A stretch of 64,000 bases of DNA from an uncultured Acidobacteriota bacterium (GTDB taxonomy: Bacteria; Acidobacteriota; UBA6911; RPQK01; JAPXNP01): assembly GCA_963777605.1 (NCBI GenBank), contig CAVZRV010000007.1, positions 768,001 to 832,000 on the forward strand, written 5' to 3'. The translations under genes were made by a program, and so were the position numbers. Positions 1-9,140 of this stretch are shown one piece after another (positions within the stretch are counted from its first letter, which is position 1; each line of letters opens with the position of its first letter). The notes below the pieces were generated by a model, which saw only the letters and a list, made by a program, of their open reading frames with translations, did no database searches and was not told the origin of the DNA.

Positions 1-84
1 AGCGTAATAAAGGTGAAGATGCAGTGTGCCCGCCGAGGGAGATCTGGCTCTTGCGGGCGGACAGAGCTCAAGGGATAGGAGTCA

Positions 85-714
85 ATGGCTAAATCGGATA
101 AAGGAAAGTCCCGGCAGAGTGATTCGGTGATCGGCCTGAACCTTCGGCAGGCGTCGGAGGACTCACAGGTGCTCGAGTCGGATAATACGCCGGTGGATTC
201 GCAGCCGGATGAAGCGGTCGTCACCCAGGCCGGTGAAAGTAACCCGCTGGCGACAATTGAAAGAGAACGAAACCAGTACTACGATCTGCTCCTTCGGAAG
301 CAGGCAGAGTTTGAGAACTTCAGGAAGAGAACCGCGCGCGAGCGCGAAGACACTCGGACGATGATTCGAGCGGAGATCCTTGGAGAGCTCTTGCCGATCG
401 TCGATGCCTCGGAAAAGGGCATGGAGGCAATGAAGGCTCAAAACGTCCCGGAGAGCTGTCTCGCCTTCCAGGACGGCTACGAACTCCTTTTGCGCCAGTT
501 GCAGAACTTGCTGGAAAAGTTCGAAGTGACCCCGGTCCCGGGAGTTGGGTCCACCTTTGATCCGAACGTGCATGAAGCTGTGTTGCGGGAAGTGACCAAG
601 GATTTCAGCGAAAACGAAATCGTCGAGGAATACCGCAAGGGATACCTGATCGGGGACCGCCTGCTTCGGCCTTCCCAGGTTAAAGTCGCTGTCTGGCCTG
701 AGGAGGCTGAGTAA
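85..714 (+). CDS. grpE: Nucleotide exchange factor GrpE
   Basis: Motifs AEFENFRKR, FDPNVHEAV, KGY..GDRLLRPSQVKV; AGGAG RBS upstream; directly precedes dnaJ. Confidence 0.96.
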   Translation: MAKSDKGKSRQSDSVIGLNLRQASEDSQVLESDNTPVDSQPDEAVVTQAGESNPLATIERERNQYYDLLLRKQAEFENFRKRTAREREDTRTMIRAEILGELLPIVDASEKGMEAMKAQNVPESCLAFQDGYELLLRQLQNLLEKFEVTPVPGVGSTFDPNVHEAVLREVTKDFSENEIVEEYRKGYLIGDRLLRPSQVKVAVWPEEAE

Positions 715-754
715 CGCGGGCCGGAGCCGGCCCCGACGTGAAGGAGTCTGACAT

Positions 755-1870
755 TTGAAGCGAGATTACTACGAAATTTTGGGAGTGGACCGTAATACTT
801 CACAACAGGAGATCAAGAGCTCCTACCGCAAGCTGGCGGTTCAATTCCATCCCGACCGGAACGGGGGCAACAAGGAGGCTGAAGAGCGCTTCAAGGAGGC
901 AGCCGAAGCTTACAGTGTGTTGAGCGATCCCGAGAAACGCGCGCAGTACGACCGTTTCGGACACGCCGGGATTGGTGGCGGAGGCTTCGGTGGATTCGAT
1001 CCGGACATCTTCTCCGACTTCAGCGATGTCCTTGGTGATTTCTTCGGCTTCGGGGACATCTTTGGTTCATCCCGCAGGCGGCGCAACCAGCCCCAGCGAG
1101 GTGTAGATCTCCGGTACGACCTGACCGTTGAATTCGAGGATGCAGTCTTTGGGAGTAAGGCCAAAATCCGGATCCCCAGGTCTCAGACCTGCGAACAGTG
1201 CAAAGGGACCGGCGCGGATCCGAACCATGGCACTTCGGGCTGCTCCACCTGCGGTGGTTCCGGCCAGGTCCGTTTCCAGCAGGGCTTTTTCACGATCAGC
1301 CGCACCTGCAGTACCTGCCGGGGCACCGGCCAGATTATCAAGGAGCCCTGTTCAGCATGCCATGGAAACGGGCGGATCCAAAAGGAGAAGATCCTCGAAC
1401 TGAGGATCCCCGCCGGGGTCGAATCCGGTTCCCGTTTGAGGGTCAACGGCGAGGGTGAATCAGGCTTCAATGGAGGGCCTCCCGGGGACCTCTACGTCGT
1501 CATCACCGTCAAGGAGCATCCCATCTTCAAGCGGCAAGGTGACGACATCTACTGCGAGACCCCTCTGACCATTACCCAGGCCGCCCTGGGCACCGACGTG
1601 AAGGTCTCCACACTCGAAGGAGAGCAAAATCTGCGTATTCCCGAGGGCACACAGACCGGTGCAATCTTCCGGTTGAAGGGGAAAGGAGTGGTCAACATCA
1701 ACGGCATGGGGCGGGGCGATCAGCACGTCCGCGTTGTGGTCCGTACTCCTACCAAGCTGAGCCGGCGCCAGCGCGAACTCCTTCAGGAACTCGACAACGA
1801 ACTTCCTGCCGTGAATCAGGTTGAAGCCAGTGAAGGCTTCTTTGATCGCGTCAGAGAAATCTTTGGTTAG
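755..1870 (+). CDS. dnaJ: Chaperone DnaJ
   Basis: J-domain with HPD, G/F-rich region, four CxxCxGxG zinc repeats; TTG start. Confidence 0.98.
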   Translation: MKRDYYEILGVDRNTSQQEIKSSYRKLAVQFHPDRNGGNKEAEERFKEAAEAYSVLSDPEKRAQYDRFGHAGIGGGGFGGFDPDIFSDFSDVLGDFFGFGDIFGSSRRRRNQPQRGVDLRYDLTVEFEDAVFGSKAKIRIPRSQTCEQCKGTGADPNHGTSGCSTCGGSGQVRFQQGFFTISRTCSTCRGTGQIIKEPCSACHGNGRIQKEKILELRIPAGVESGSRLRVNGEGESGFNGGPPGDLYVVITVKEHPIFKRQGDDIYCETPLTITQAALGTDVKVSTLEGEQNLRIPEGTQTGAIFRLKGKGVVNINGMGRGDQHVRVVVRTPTKLSRRQRELLQELDNELPAVNQVEASEGFFDRVREIFG

Positions 1871-1872
1871 CA

Positions 1873-2757
1873 TTGGCCCAGGAAGACTCTCCTCGACAAC
1901 CCGATCAGTACTGCTGTGTGGAAGCAGAGCTCCCACTTTCGTTTCGGGAACTGTTCGTCGAATGTCTATGGGACCTCGGCACTCTCGGAATTGAGGAATT
2001 GGAGTCGGATACCGGGGGCCGTTTTCTCGCCTATTTTGAGGCGGGGCAATCATTGAAAGTGCTGCAGTCCCAGATCGAATCCAGCCTTCTCGAGATGGGC
2101 TGTAGCCAGGGGAAGATCTGGTACCACCGTCTCAAGTATGACGAATCGGCGTGGATCGAGAAATTCAATGCCTCCTTTGTCGGATTCGAAGTCAATCCGA
2201 CCTTTTGGGTTTACCCCCCGTGGGATCATCCCTCCAAGAATCACCTCGTCAACATACTCCTGGAACCGGGGCACGGCTTCGGCACCGGGACTCACGAATC
2301 GACCCAACTTGGGATGGGCGCCATTGAAGGCTGCGTTGAATCCTGTTCGACTCTGCTCGACTTTGGCACGGGAAGCGGCATCCTCACCGTAGCGGCAAGT
2401 AAACTGAAGCCTGAACTGCGCACGCTATCATTTGATATTGATCCCAATGCAGTCAATGCCGCCGCCCGTACCCTGGAACTCAATGGCCTCGACCAGTCTC
2501 CCCTCTTCGTCGGCGAAGGTTGCTCGGTGACTCGGCAGTTCGACGTGGTCGTGGCCAACCTCACCGCGGCAATCATCTTCACCGTGGCAGCTGACCTGGA
2601 GCGCCTCGCCTCCCACTATCTGATCGTTTCCGGGTTTACTGCTTCGGAGATTGAATTCGTCAGCAGCTTTCTGCTCCAGTCAGGTACCTTCGCTGAAAAG
2701 GAACGTTGGGTAAAGAACGACTGGATATGCCTTCTCCTTGAGCGATGCGAAGAGTAA
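1873..2757 (+). CDS. prmA: Ribosomal protein L11 methyltransferase
   Basis: PGHGFGTGTHEST and LDFGTGSGIL SAM-binding motifs; conserved dnaJ-prmA-rsmE order. Confidence 0.92.
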   Translation: MAQEDSPRQPDQYCCVEAELPLSFRELFVECLWDLGTLGIEELESDTGGRFLAYFEAGQSLKVLQSQIESSLLEMGCSQGKIWYHRLKYDESAWIEKFNASFVGFEVNPTFWVYPPWDHPSKNHLVNILLEPGHGFGTGTHESTQLGMGAIEGCVESCSTLLDFGTGSGILTVAASKLKPELRTLSFDIDPNAVNAAARTLELNGLDQSPLFVGEGCSVTRQFDVVVANLTAAIIFTVAADLERLASHYLIVSGFTASEIEFVSSFLLQSGTFAEKERWVKNDWICLLLERCEE

Positions 2758-3515
2758 TTGCCCAGTCTGTCAGCGAAAGCCAGGTCATCCTGGATCCCGA
2801 AGAGCAACAGCACCTCGTACGAGTGCTTCGCTTGAGAACCGGGGATCTCTTCGAGGCGATCGACTCGCAGGGTCGCCGATTCAGGTGTCAGCTCGCCAAC
2901 GATCGCGGCAGTTGGTACGGGATAATCTCCGAAATGTCCGTTGCTACATGGGAATCCCCTTCGTCCATCATCCTGGCACAGGCACTGATCAAACGGGACA
3001 AGTTCGAGTGGGTGGTTCAAAAGGCCGTCGAACTCGGCGTGACCGGGATTCATCCCCTGATCACGACCCGAACCGAAATCGAATTGAACGAGCGTCGCAC
3101 TGATCGCAAGATGGAGCGTTGGAACCGCATCCTGTCCGAAGCGGTCAAGCAGTGCGGAAGGACCCGGGTCCCGGCGCTTTACGAACCCGCCTCTCTACGA
3201 GAGGTGCTCCCGGAGATGACGGGGATCGCCCTGCTGGCACCCGATGAAGAGGGCACCAGGACGCTGGCGAACTGGATTTCGACAGTGCATCGCCCCTGCT
3301 CGTGTTGTCTCTTCATCGGGCCGGAAGGCGGATGGGATGAGGAGGACCGGGCCCTCTTTCAGGAATTCAATGTCACCCGGGTCCGCATCGGCCCGCGGAT
3401 CCTGCGGGCGGAGACCGCGGCAATCTGCAGCCTGTCCCTCCTCCAGTACGAGTTGGGCGACTTGAATGCTGCTCCCGAGTCGTTTCAAATTGACTACCAG
3501 CCCTTCAATCAATAG
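2745..3515 (+). CDS. rsmE: 16S rRNA m3U1498 methyltransferase
   Basis: HLVRVLRL, QKAVELGV, IGPEGG and GPRILRAETA SPOUT motifs. Confidence 0.95.
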   Translation: MRRVIAQSVSESQVILDPEEQQHLVRVLRLRTGDLFEAIDSQGRRFRCQLANDRGSWYGIISEMSVATWESPSSIILAQALIKRDKFEWVVQKAVELGVTGIHPLITTRTEIELNERRTDRKMERWNRILSEAVKQCGRTRVPALYEPASLREVLPEMTGIALLAPDEEGTRTLANWISTVHRPCSCCLFIGPEGGWDEEDRALFQEFNVTRVRIGPRILRAETAAICSLSLLQYELGDLNAAPESFQIDYQPFNQ

Positions 3516-3529
3516 ACTCCGCATCGGCC

Positions 3530-4366
3530 ATGAATTCTAACCGCTTCTTCCTTCTTGTCGGGATGCTCCTTCTCGGGACCAGCTTCGCTACCGCGCAGAA
3601 TCGCCCGCTCTTGACAGAGTGGACCGATACGGTTCCAGTCGGGAAACTTCGAACAGAACTCGGCTTCGAGTTCCTTCAAAATGTGCGCTTCAACCTTTCC
3701 GGGCTTGAAGGTGACCTGACCAACCTCGGGATCCTGGGTTTGCGTGCCGGTGTGGGAAAGCGGGCTGAAGTCTCGATAGCCTGGACGCCACAACAGTTCC
3801 TGAATGTAGATCGGCGATTCGATGCCCCTAACAGCTCCCTCCTGGACTTTTCCGGGAATTCGACCAGCGACTTCGGGAATATCCTCCTCGGTACCAAGCT
3901 TAGATTTGCCGACGAAAGTGGCTCCCGCCCGGCAATCGGGTTCGCTTTCGGTGTCGAGTTGCCGAACGGCGCTACTGAAAAAGGGATCAGCACGGACGAG
4001 ACAAACTTCTCTTCCCGTCTCCTCCTCCAGAAGAAGATTGGGAAGCTACAACTCCTTTCTAATCTGGGCCTTGGTATCCTGGGCGATCCGCTCTCGGCAG
4101 GATCCCAGGACGACTTGTTCCTTTACGGGCTGGCCTGTGTCTATGCTCTCCAGGATGACCTCAACATAATCGCTGACTGGAACGGACGGGCGGGAGCGGG
4201 CGGGATTGGAACGGAGGAGCGTTCGAGCCTGCGACTCGGCGCGCAGGTCAACGCGGCTGGACTTTACTGGGATGCCGCCTTCATTCTCGGCTTCAAGGAT
4301 ACGGATCCCGAGACCGGACTCACAGTGGGACTGTCGAAAGACTTCAGCATTTCCTGGTTCAAATAG
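3530..4366 (+). CDS. Secreted/outer-membrane beta-barrel-like hypothetical protein
   Basis: Signal peptide ending ATA-Q, alternating hydrophobic beta-strand pattern, aromatic-rich C-terminus (FSISWFK). Confidence 0.65.
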   Translation: MNSNRFFLLVGMLLLGTSFATAQNRPLLTEWTDTVPVGKLRTELGFEFLQNVRFNLSGLEGDLTNLGILGLRAGVGKRAEVSIAWTPQQFLNVDRRFDAPNSSLLDFSGNSTSDFGNILLGTKLRFADESGSRPAIGFAFGVELPNGATEKGISTDETNFSSRLLLQKKIGKLQLLSNLGLGILGDPLSAGSQDDLFLYGLACVYALQDDLNIIADWNGRAGAGGIGTEERSSLRLGAQVNAAGLYWDAAFILGFKDTDPETGLTVGLSKDFSISWFK

Positions 4367-4476
4367 CCACCCCTCGACCGATGCGATCCTCGGGACGATT
4401 TGCCCGCCAGTCTGCAGGAAGGCGGCAAGTGGCCGACCGTCCCGGCCACCTGCTTTGCTGCCTTATCGCCGGATGC

Positions 4477-4546
4477 CTGGTGTCCCGTTGCAGGGGTCGG
4501 CCAAGGGGGTGCGAGCCATTCCCTGCGATCTGTGACGGGACACTAG
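4477..4546. repeat. Miniature inverted-repeat element (IS630-like ends), degenerate copy
   Basis: CTGGTGTCCCGT...GTGACGGGACACTAG; the right end is the exact reverse complement of the left end of the 56766 element; its CTAG contains the nrdJ stop. Confidence 0.65.
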
Positions 4547-7260
4547 CTGCAGCCTGAGGTGCTTCCGCAGCCCGTGCAAACGTAACAGGCCCCATTGCGC
4601 TGCATCAGATTGCCACACTGTAGGCAGGTCGGTGAATCCGCTTTCTTGGCCTCGGAAAGGAGCCGCTCGGTGAGGGCACCTTTCTGTTGGGTCCCTTCGG
4701 GGAACTTAACCTGAACTCCCTCTTGTAGCGAGCCGTTCCCATTCGCCTTGACATTGTGAATCCCGAGGGCTTCCTGCGCCTCGACCGGAAGGTACCTCGA
4801 CGCCAGGTACCGGACAACGTAATCCGGAATTGAACTCGCGAACGGGATCTGCGGATTGTCGGTGAATCCGCCGGGCTCGAAACTCATGTGCGAGAACATG
4901 CGGACATAGTCTTCCAGGGGAACTCCCCGCTGCAGTCCCATGGAGATGGCAATCGCCCAGGCCATTGCCATCCCCTGGAGGGTTGAGCCCTGCTTGGCGA
5001 AATTCACGAAGATCTCACCCAGTTCCCCGTCTTCGGGGAACATTCCCATGGTCAGGAACCCCTTGAATCCCTTGATCCGGAATTCATGCTGGTAGGCCGG
5101 GTGATCCTTGGGCATGTTCCGATGGATCGGAGAAGCCGCCGTCGTCTTGACCTGCTTTTCCTTGTTGGACAGCGGCTGCACCATCTTGCAGCCGTCCCGG
5201 TAGATCGAGACGGCCTTCATTCCGGCTTTCCAGGCTGCGATGTAGGCCTCCGCAATGTCATCCACGGTTGCTTCTCCGGGCAGGTTGACGGTCTTCGAGA
5301 TGGCACCGGACAGGAAAGGCTGAACAGCTCCGCACATGCGAATGTGCCCCGAATAGTGGATGGAACGAGTTCCATTTACCGAGCGGTCGGCACAATCGAA
5401 GATCACCAGATGTTCGGGCTTGAGATCGGGAGCACCTTCGATCGTCTCCTCGGTCTCTACGTAGCGGAGAATATTCCGGACGGCCTGCTCGTCATAATTG
5501 AGCCGTTTGAGGGCCAGAGGAATCGTGTTGTTGACGATCTTGAGCGAGCCGCCGCCGACCAGCTTCTTGAATTTGACCAGAGAGAAGTCGGGCTCGATTC
5601 CGGTAGTGTCGCAGTCCATCATGAAAGCGATCGTCCCGGTGGGAGCCAGCAGGCTGACCTGCGCGTTCCGGTAACCGCTGTCCGAACCCTTTTCAATCGC
5701 CTGATCCCAGGATTCCATGGCGGCATGCAGCAGATCCATCGGAACCAGCGCCGAATCGATCTTGGAAAGCGCATCCCGATGCTTGTGCATCACCCGCATC
5801 ATGGGAATCCGGTTGCTGGAAAAACCCTCGAACGGCTCGACCTTCTCCGCGAGCTCGGCACTCGTCTTGTAGGCTTCGCCGGTCATGAGCGCGGTAATGG
5901 CCGCAGCGAGGTTGCGGGCTCGGTCACTGTCGTACGGCAAGCCGCGCGCCATCAGAAGCGCCCCCAGGTTCGCATACCCCAGGCCGAGCGTCCGGTACTC
6001 GTGGCTGATCCGGGAAATTTCCGGTGTGGGATAGCTGGAGTTGTCGACAATGATCTCCTGTGCCGTGATCATGACCCTCACCGCGTGCCGGAACGACTCG
6101 ATGTCGAAAGTCCCTTCGTCATTGACGAACTTCATGAGGTTCAGGGACGAGAGGTTGCAGGCCGAATTGTCGAGAAAGACGTATTCGGAGCACGGGTTGG
6201 AGGCGTCGATCGGTCCCGTGTTCGAACAAGTGTGCCAGTCATTGATGGTGGTGTGATACTGCAGGCCGGGATCGCCGCAAATCCAGGTCGACTCGGCAAT
6301 CCACTGCATCATCTCACGAGCTTTGTAGGTGTCGATCGGGTTTCCGCCCGTCACGGTGCGCGTCTGCCAGTCCTTGTCATCGACGACTGCTTTCATGAAA
6401 TCGTCGGTCACGCTGACGCTGTTATTTGCGTTCTGGAACTGAACGCTCTGGTAGGCCTCTCCATCAATCGAATCGTCATAACCCAACTCGATCAATTTAT
6501 GAGCCTTCTCCTCTTCCCTGGACTTGCACCAGATGAACTCCCTGATGTCGGGGTGGTCCGCATTGAGAATGACCATCTTGGCAGCACGACGGGTCGCTCC
6601 GCCCGATTTAATCGCACCAGCGAAGGAATCGAACCCGCGCATGAAGGAAACCGGTCCCGAAGCCACTCCGCCGGCGGAAAGATGTTCCCGAGAGGATCGA
6701 ATCTTGGAGAGGTTGACGCCGGAACCCGATCCGCCCTTGAAGATCATGGCCTCGGTCCTGGCAAGGTGCATGATCGAATCCATCGAATCGCCCACCGAGT
6801 TAATAAAACAGGCGGAACACTGGGGTTTTTCCTGGATTCCTACGTTGAACTGGACCGGGGAATTAAAGGCGGCCATCTGGTTAACCAGAAGGTGGGTCAG
6901 TTCGTGGTTGAATGTCCCCGCATCACTCTTATCGGCGAAGTAGTGCATGGTTTCGCCCCACTTCGAGATCGTGTTAACGATTCTGCCAATCAGTTGACGA
7001 ACACTGTGTTCCCGCTTGGGCGTCCCCAACTGGCCCCTGAAGTACTTGCTCGCAACGATGTCGGTTGCCCGCTGGGACCAGAACTTGGGAAATTCGATGT
7101 TCTCCTGTCGAAACGCGATCTTTCCCGTCTGCCAGTCCTTGATTTCGGCCGACCGGAGCTCCCACTCGACGGCGTCCAATGGGTGAATGTCCGGATTCGT
7201 GAAATAGCGTTCAAATCGCAATCCGTTGGCCGCCTGTGCCTTTCGTTGTGCCTTATTCAT
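4543..7260 (-). CDS. nrdJ: Adenosylcobalamin-dependent (class II) ribonucleotide reductase
   Basis: FNSP, CSACFI, ASNPCSE (radical Cys), APTGTI, ISKTVN motifs; C-terminal TSCPD-like domain with CxxC...CxxCGSTSGCS; no ATP-cone. Confidence 0.96.
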   Translation of the reverse strand: MNKAQRKAQAANGLRFERYFTNPDIHPLDAVEWELRSAEIKDWQTGKIAFRQENIEFPKFWSQRATDIVASKYFRGQLGTPKREHSVRQLIGRIVNTISKWGETMHYFADKSDAGTFNHELTHLLVNQMAAFNSPVQFNVGIQEKPQCSACFINSVGDSMDSIMHLARTEAMIFKGGSGSGVNLSKIRSSREHLSAGGVASGPVSFMRGFDSFAGAIKSGGATRRAAKMVILNADHPDIREFIWCKSREEEKAHKLIELGYDDSIDGEAYQSVQFQNANNSVSVTDDFMKAVVDDKDWQTRTVTGGNPIDTYKAREMMQWIAESTWICGDPGLQYHTTINDWHTCSNTGPIDASNPCSEYVFLDNSACNLSSLNLMKFVNDEGTFDIESFRHAVRVMITAQEIIVDNSSYPTPEISRISHEYRTLGLGYANLGALLMARGLPYDSDRARNLAAAITALMTGEAYKTSAELAEKVEPFEGFSSNRIPMMRVMHKHRDALSKIDSALVPMDLLHAAMESWDQAIEKGSDSGYRNAQVSLLAPTGTIAFMMDCDTTGIEPDFSLVKFKKLVGGGSLKIVNNTIPLALKRLNYDEQAVRNILRYVETEETIEGAPDLKPEHLVIFDCADRSVNGTRSIHYSGHIRMCGAVQPFLSGAISKTVNLPGEATVDDIAEAYIAAWKAGMKAVSIYRDGCKMVQPLSNKEKQVKTTAASPIHRNMPKDHPAYQHEFRIKGFKGFLTMGMFPEDGELGEIFVNFAKQGSTLQGMAMAWAIAISMGLQRGVPLEDYVRMFSHMSFEPGGFTDNPQIPFASSIPDYVVRYLASRYLPVEAQEALGIHNVKANGNGSLQEGVQVKFPEGTQQKGALTERLLSEAKKADSPTCLQCGNLMQRNGACYVCTGCGSTSGCS

Positions 7261-7346
7261 GCCCCCTCCAAATCTGATGCCTCGTCTCTGCCACTGAAAG
7301 TGAGCGCTATTGTAGAGACGCCTCCTGACATTCCATAACCCGACAA

Positions 7347-7393
7347 CAACAAGATGTTGAGCTTGAGTAAGATCATCCTACCAGATATTGGGT
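7347..7393. promoter_or_regulatory. Tandem NrdR boxes upstream of nrdJ
   Basis: caaCAAGATGTTGagc (7347-7362) and ctaCCAGATATTGggt (7378-7393) resemble the consensus acaCwAtATaTwGtgt; 31 bp periodicity. Confidence 0.8.
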
Positions 7394-7681
7394 CAACCGA
7401 TCGAGGACTTGTTCGACTGAAAAGCCACTGGCAGCAACGACTTTGTGCTTAGATTTGGAACCTGAAGCAATCTCAATCGACCGCTTTGGGCAACCCAGGA
7501 TATCGGACAGAAACTTCTGCAAGTGCCGGTTTGCACGATTCTCAATCGGGGGGGAGGTCAGACGAATCTTCAACGAGTCCCCTTGAAGTCCGGCAACTTC
7601 GTCAGCGGAGGCCCGGGGCTGCAGAAGCACCTTGAAACGGACAGTAGCGCCCTGCTCCCAGATGGCCAGACCTGTCGTCAC
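7373..7681 (-). CDS. DUF167/YggU family protein (start uncertain)
   Basis: QPRAS...LKIRLTSPPIENRAN...SGSKSKHK pattern; follows yggS as usual. Confidence 0.85.
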   Translation of the reverse strand: MTTGLAIWEQGATVRFKVLLQPRASADEVAGLQGDSLKIRLTSPPIENRANRHLQKFLSDILGCPKRSIEIASGSKSKHKVVAASGFSVEQVLDRLTQYLVG

Positions 7682-7703
7682 TGTTGTCGCATCCCGAACG
7701 TTG

Positions 7704-8387
7704 TCAAGGTCGGTGTCCAAAGATGGCGGTCCCGACCCGGACAATGGTGGCACCTTCTTCGATTGCGACCCGAAAGTCAGACGACATCCCCATCGAGAGT
7801 TCCCGCAACCCGGGGGCCTGCTCTTTCAGTTGAGAGGACAACACCGCCAAGCGGCGAAAATGCGGTCGGCTGACCTCGGGGTCATCGAAGAACGGGGGGA
7901 TCGCCATCAACCCAACGGGGTCGAGATTCTTCAGGCCGCCCAGCAAACTGAGCAGTTCACCGACATCGGAAGGCGCAACTCCGGCTTTCTGGGGTTCTTC
8001 AGCGATGTTCACCTCGACCAGGACCGGCATCACTTTGCCGAACTCTTCGCAAACACGATCGAGGCGACGCGCAATCCTCGCTGAATCGACAGTCTGGATC
8101 ATGTCGAACAGCTCGACCGCCAGGCGGACCTTGTTGCTCTGCAGATGTCCAATCAGGTGCCACCTCAGGCCGGGCCGAGCGACCCCGGGGACCTTGTCTC
8201 GCGCCTCCTGGACCCGATTCTCTCCAAAATCGAGCTGTCCGGCATTGGCGGCTTCGGTCACGGCCTCCGGCGGGAAGGTCTTCGAAACGGCCACGAGCCG
8301 GACCTCAGACGAGTCCCGCCCACACGTCCGGCAGGCTTCCACAACTTCGGCCTGCACTCGCTGAAGATTCTCCTGGATCTGGTTCAC
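7704..8387 (-). CDS. yggS: PLP homeostasis protein YggS/PLPBP
   Basis: LVAVSKT, FGENRVQE, WHLIGHLQSNK, LSMGMSSD, VRVGTAIFG; start revised to GTG at 8387. Confidence 0.95.
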   Translation of the reverse strand: MNQIQENLQRVQAEVVEACRTCGRDSSEVRLVAVSKTFPPEAVTEAANAGQLDFGENRVQEARDKVPGVARPGLRWHLIGHLQSNKVRLAVELFDMIQTVDSARIARRLDRVCEEFGKVMPVLVEVNIAEEPQKAGVAPSDVGELLSLLGGLKNLDPVGLMAIPPFFDDPEVSRPHFRRLAVLSSQLKEQAPGLRELSMGMSSDFRVAIEEGATIVRVGTAIFGHRP

Positions 8388-8498
8388 AACTCCTAAGTAT
8401 AGCCGAACCAGACTCATGCAGGGTTCCCTGCCGTGGCCCAACACCCTGCCGCCCACCCCTTCGCGCTGTGCTACCATGAGCGGGAAATCAGATCCGGA

Positions 8499-9140
8499 AT
8501 GGGAAACAGAGGCAAATTCATTACCTTTGAAGGTATCGAGGGTTCCGGCAAGAGCCTCCAGTTGAAGAGGGTTGCGCAGGCTTTCCAGGAGCAGCGAATT
8601 CCGTATCTGCTTACACTTGAGCCAGGCGGGACCGAACTCGGGCGGGAACTGCGCGCCGTGCTGCTCAAGACCGACGGTGCCCCGCGGGCTCCTGTAGCCG
8701 AACTGCTTCTCTACCTTGCCGATCGTTACCAGCACATCCATGAGGTCGTCACGCCCGCCTTGGACTCCGGCCGCAACGTACTGAGCGACCGCTACCACGA
8801 CGCTACGCTAGCCTATCAGGGATACGCCCGTGGACTCGGAATTGAGTGGACCGACGGCCTGGCACGCTATCTTTGCCTTCCGCGGCCCGACCTGACGATT
8901 CTCTTCGACGTTCCGGTTGCGGTCGGATTGAGCCGGGCGCGATCGCGTGAAGCACTGAACAACTCTGAGATGGGTCGGTTTGAAGCCGAGGCTCTGGACT
9001 TTCACGAGAAAGTTCGCTTTGGCTACCTCCAGCTCGCCGAACGGGAGGGCGACCGCATTGTCGTTATTGATGGGACCGGTACACCCGACGCGGTCTTTGA
9101 AAGGGTCAGCCATTGCCTGATTCAGCGACTGCAGCACTGA
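8499..9140 (+). CDS. tmk: Thymidylate kinase
   Basis: FITFEGIEGSGKS P-loop, EPGGT, LSDRY, AYQG; start revised to ATG at 8499. Confidence 0.96.
   Translation: MGNRGKFITFEGIEGSGKSLQLKRVAQAFQEQRIPYLLTLEPGGTELGRELRAVLLKTDGAPRAPVAELLLYLADRYQHIHEVVTPALDSGRNVLSDRYHDATLAYQGYARGLGIEWTDGLARYLCLPRPDLTILFDVPVAVGLSRARSREALNNSEMGRFEAEALDFHEKVRFGYLQLAEREGDRIVVIDGTGTPDAVFERVSHCLIQRLQH

Noticed and set aside
4412-4464. GC-rich hairpin after the beta-barrel gene as a possible ncRNA
   Set aside because: It is adequately explained as a terminator or stabiliser between convergent genes; no family features.
4543-7260. Intein or intron in nrdJ
   Set aside because: The protein is continuous and of normal length, with no splice-junction or homing-endonuclease motifs.
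5086-7338. 750-aa ORF antisense to nrdJ (likewise 38097-40172 opposite pnp, 45273-46913 opposite rpoD, 11996-13360 and 24154-25602)
   Set aside because: These are shadow ORFs in codon register with well-conserved genes, expected from high-GC codon bias, and they carry no recognisable motifs.
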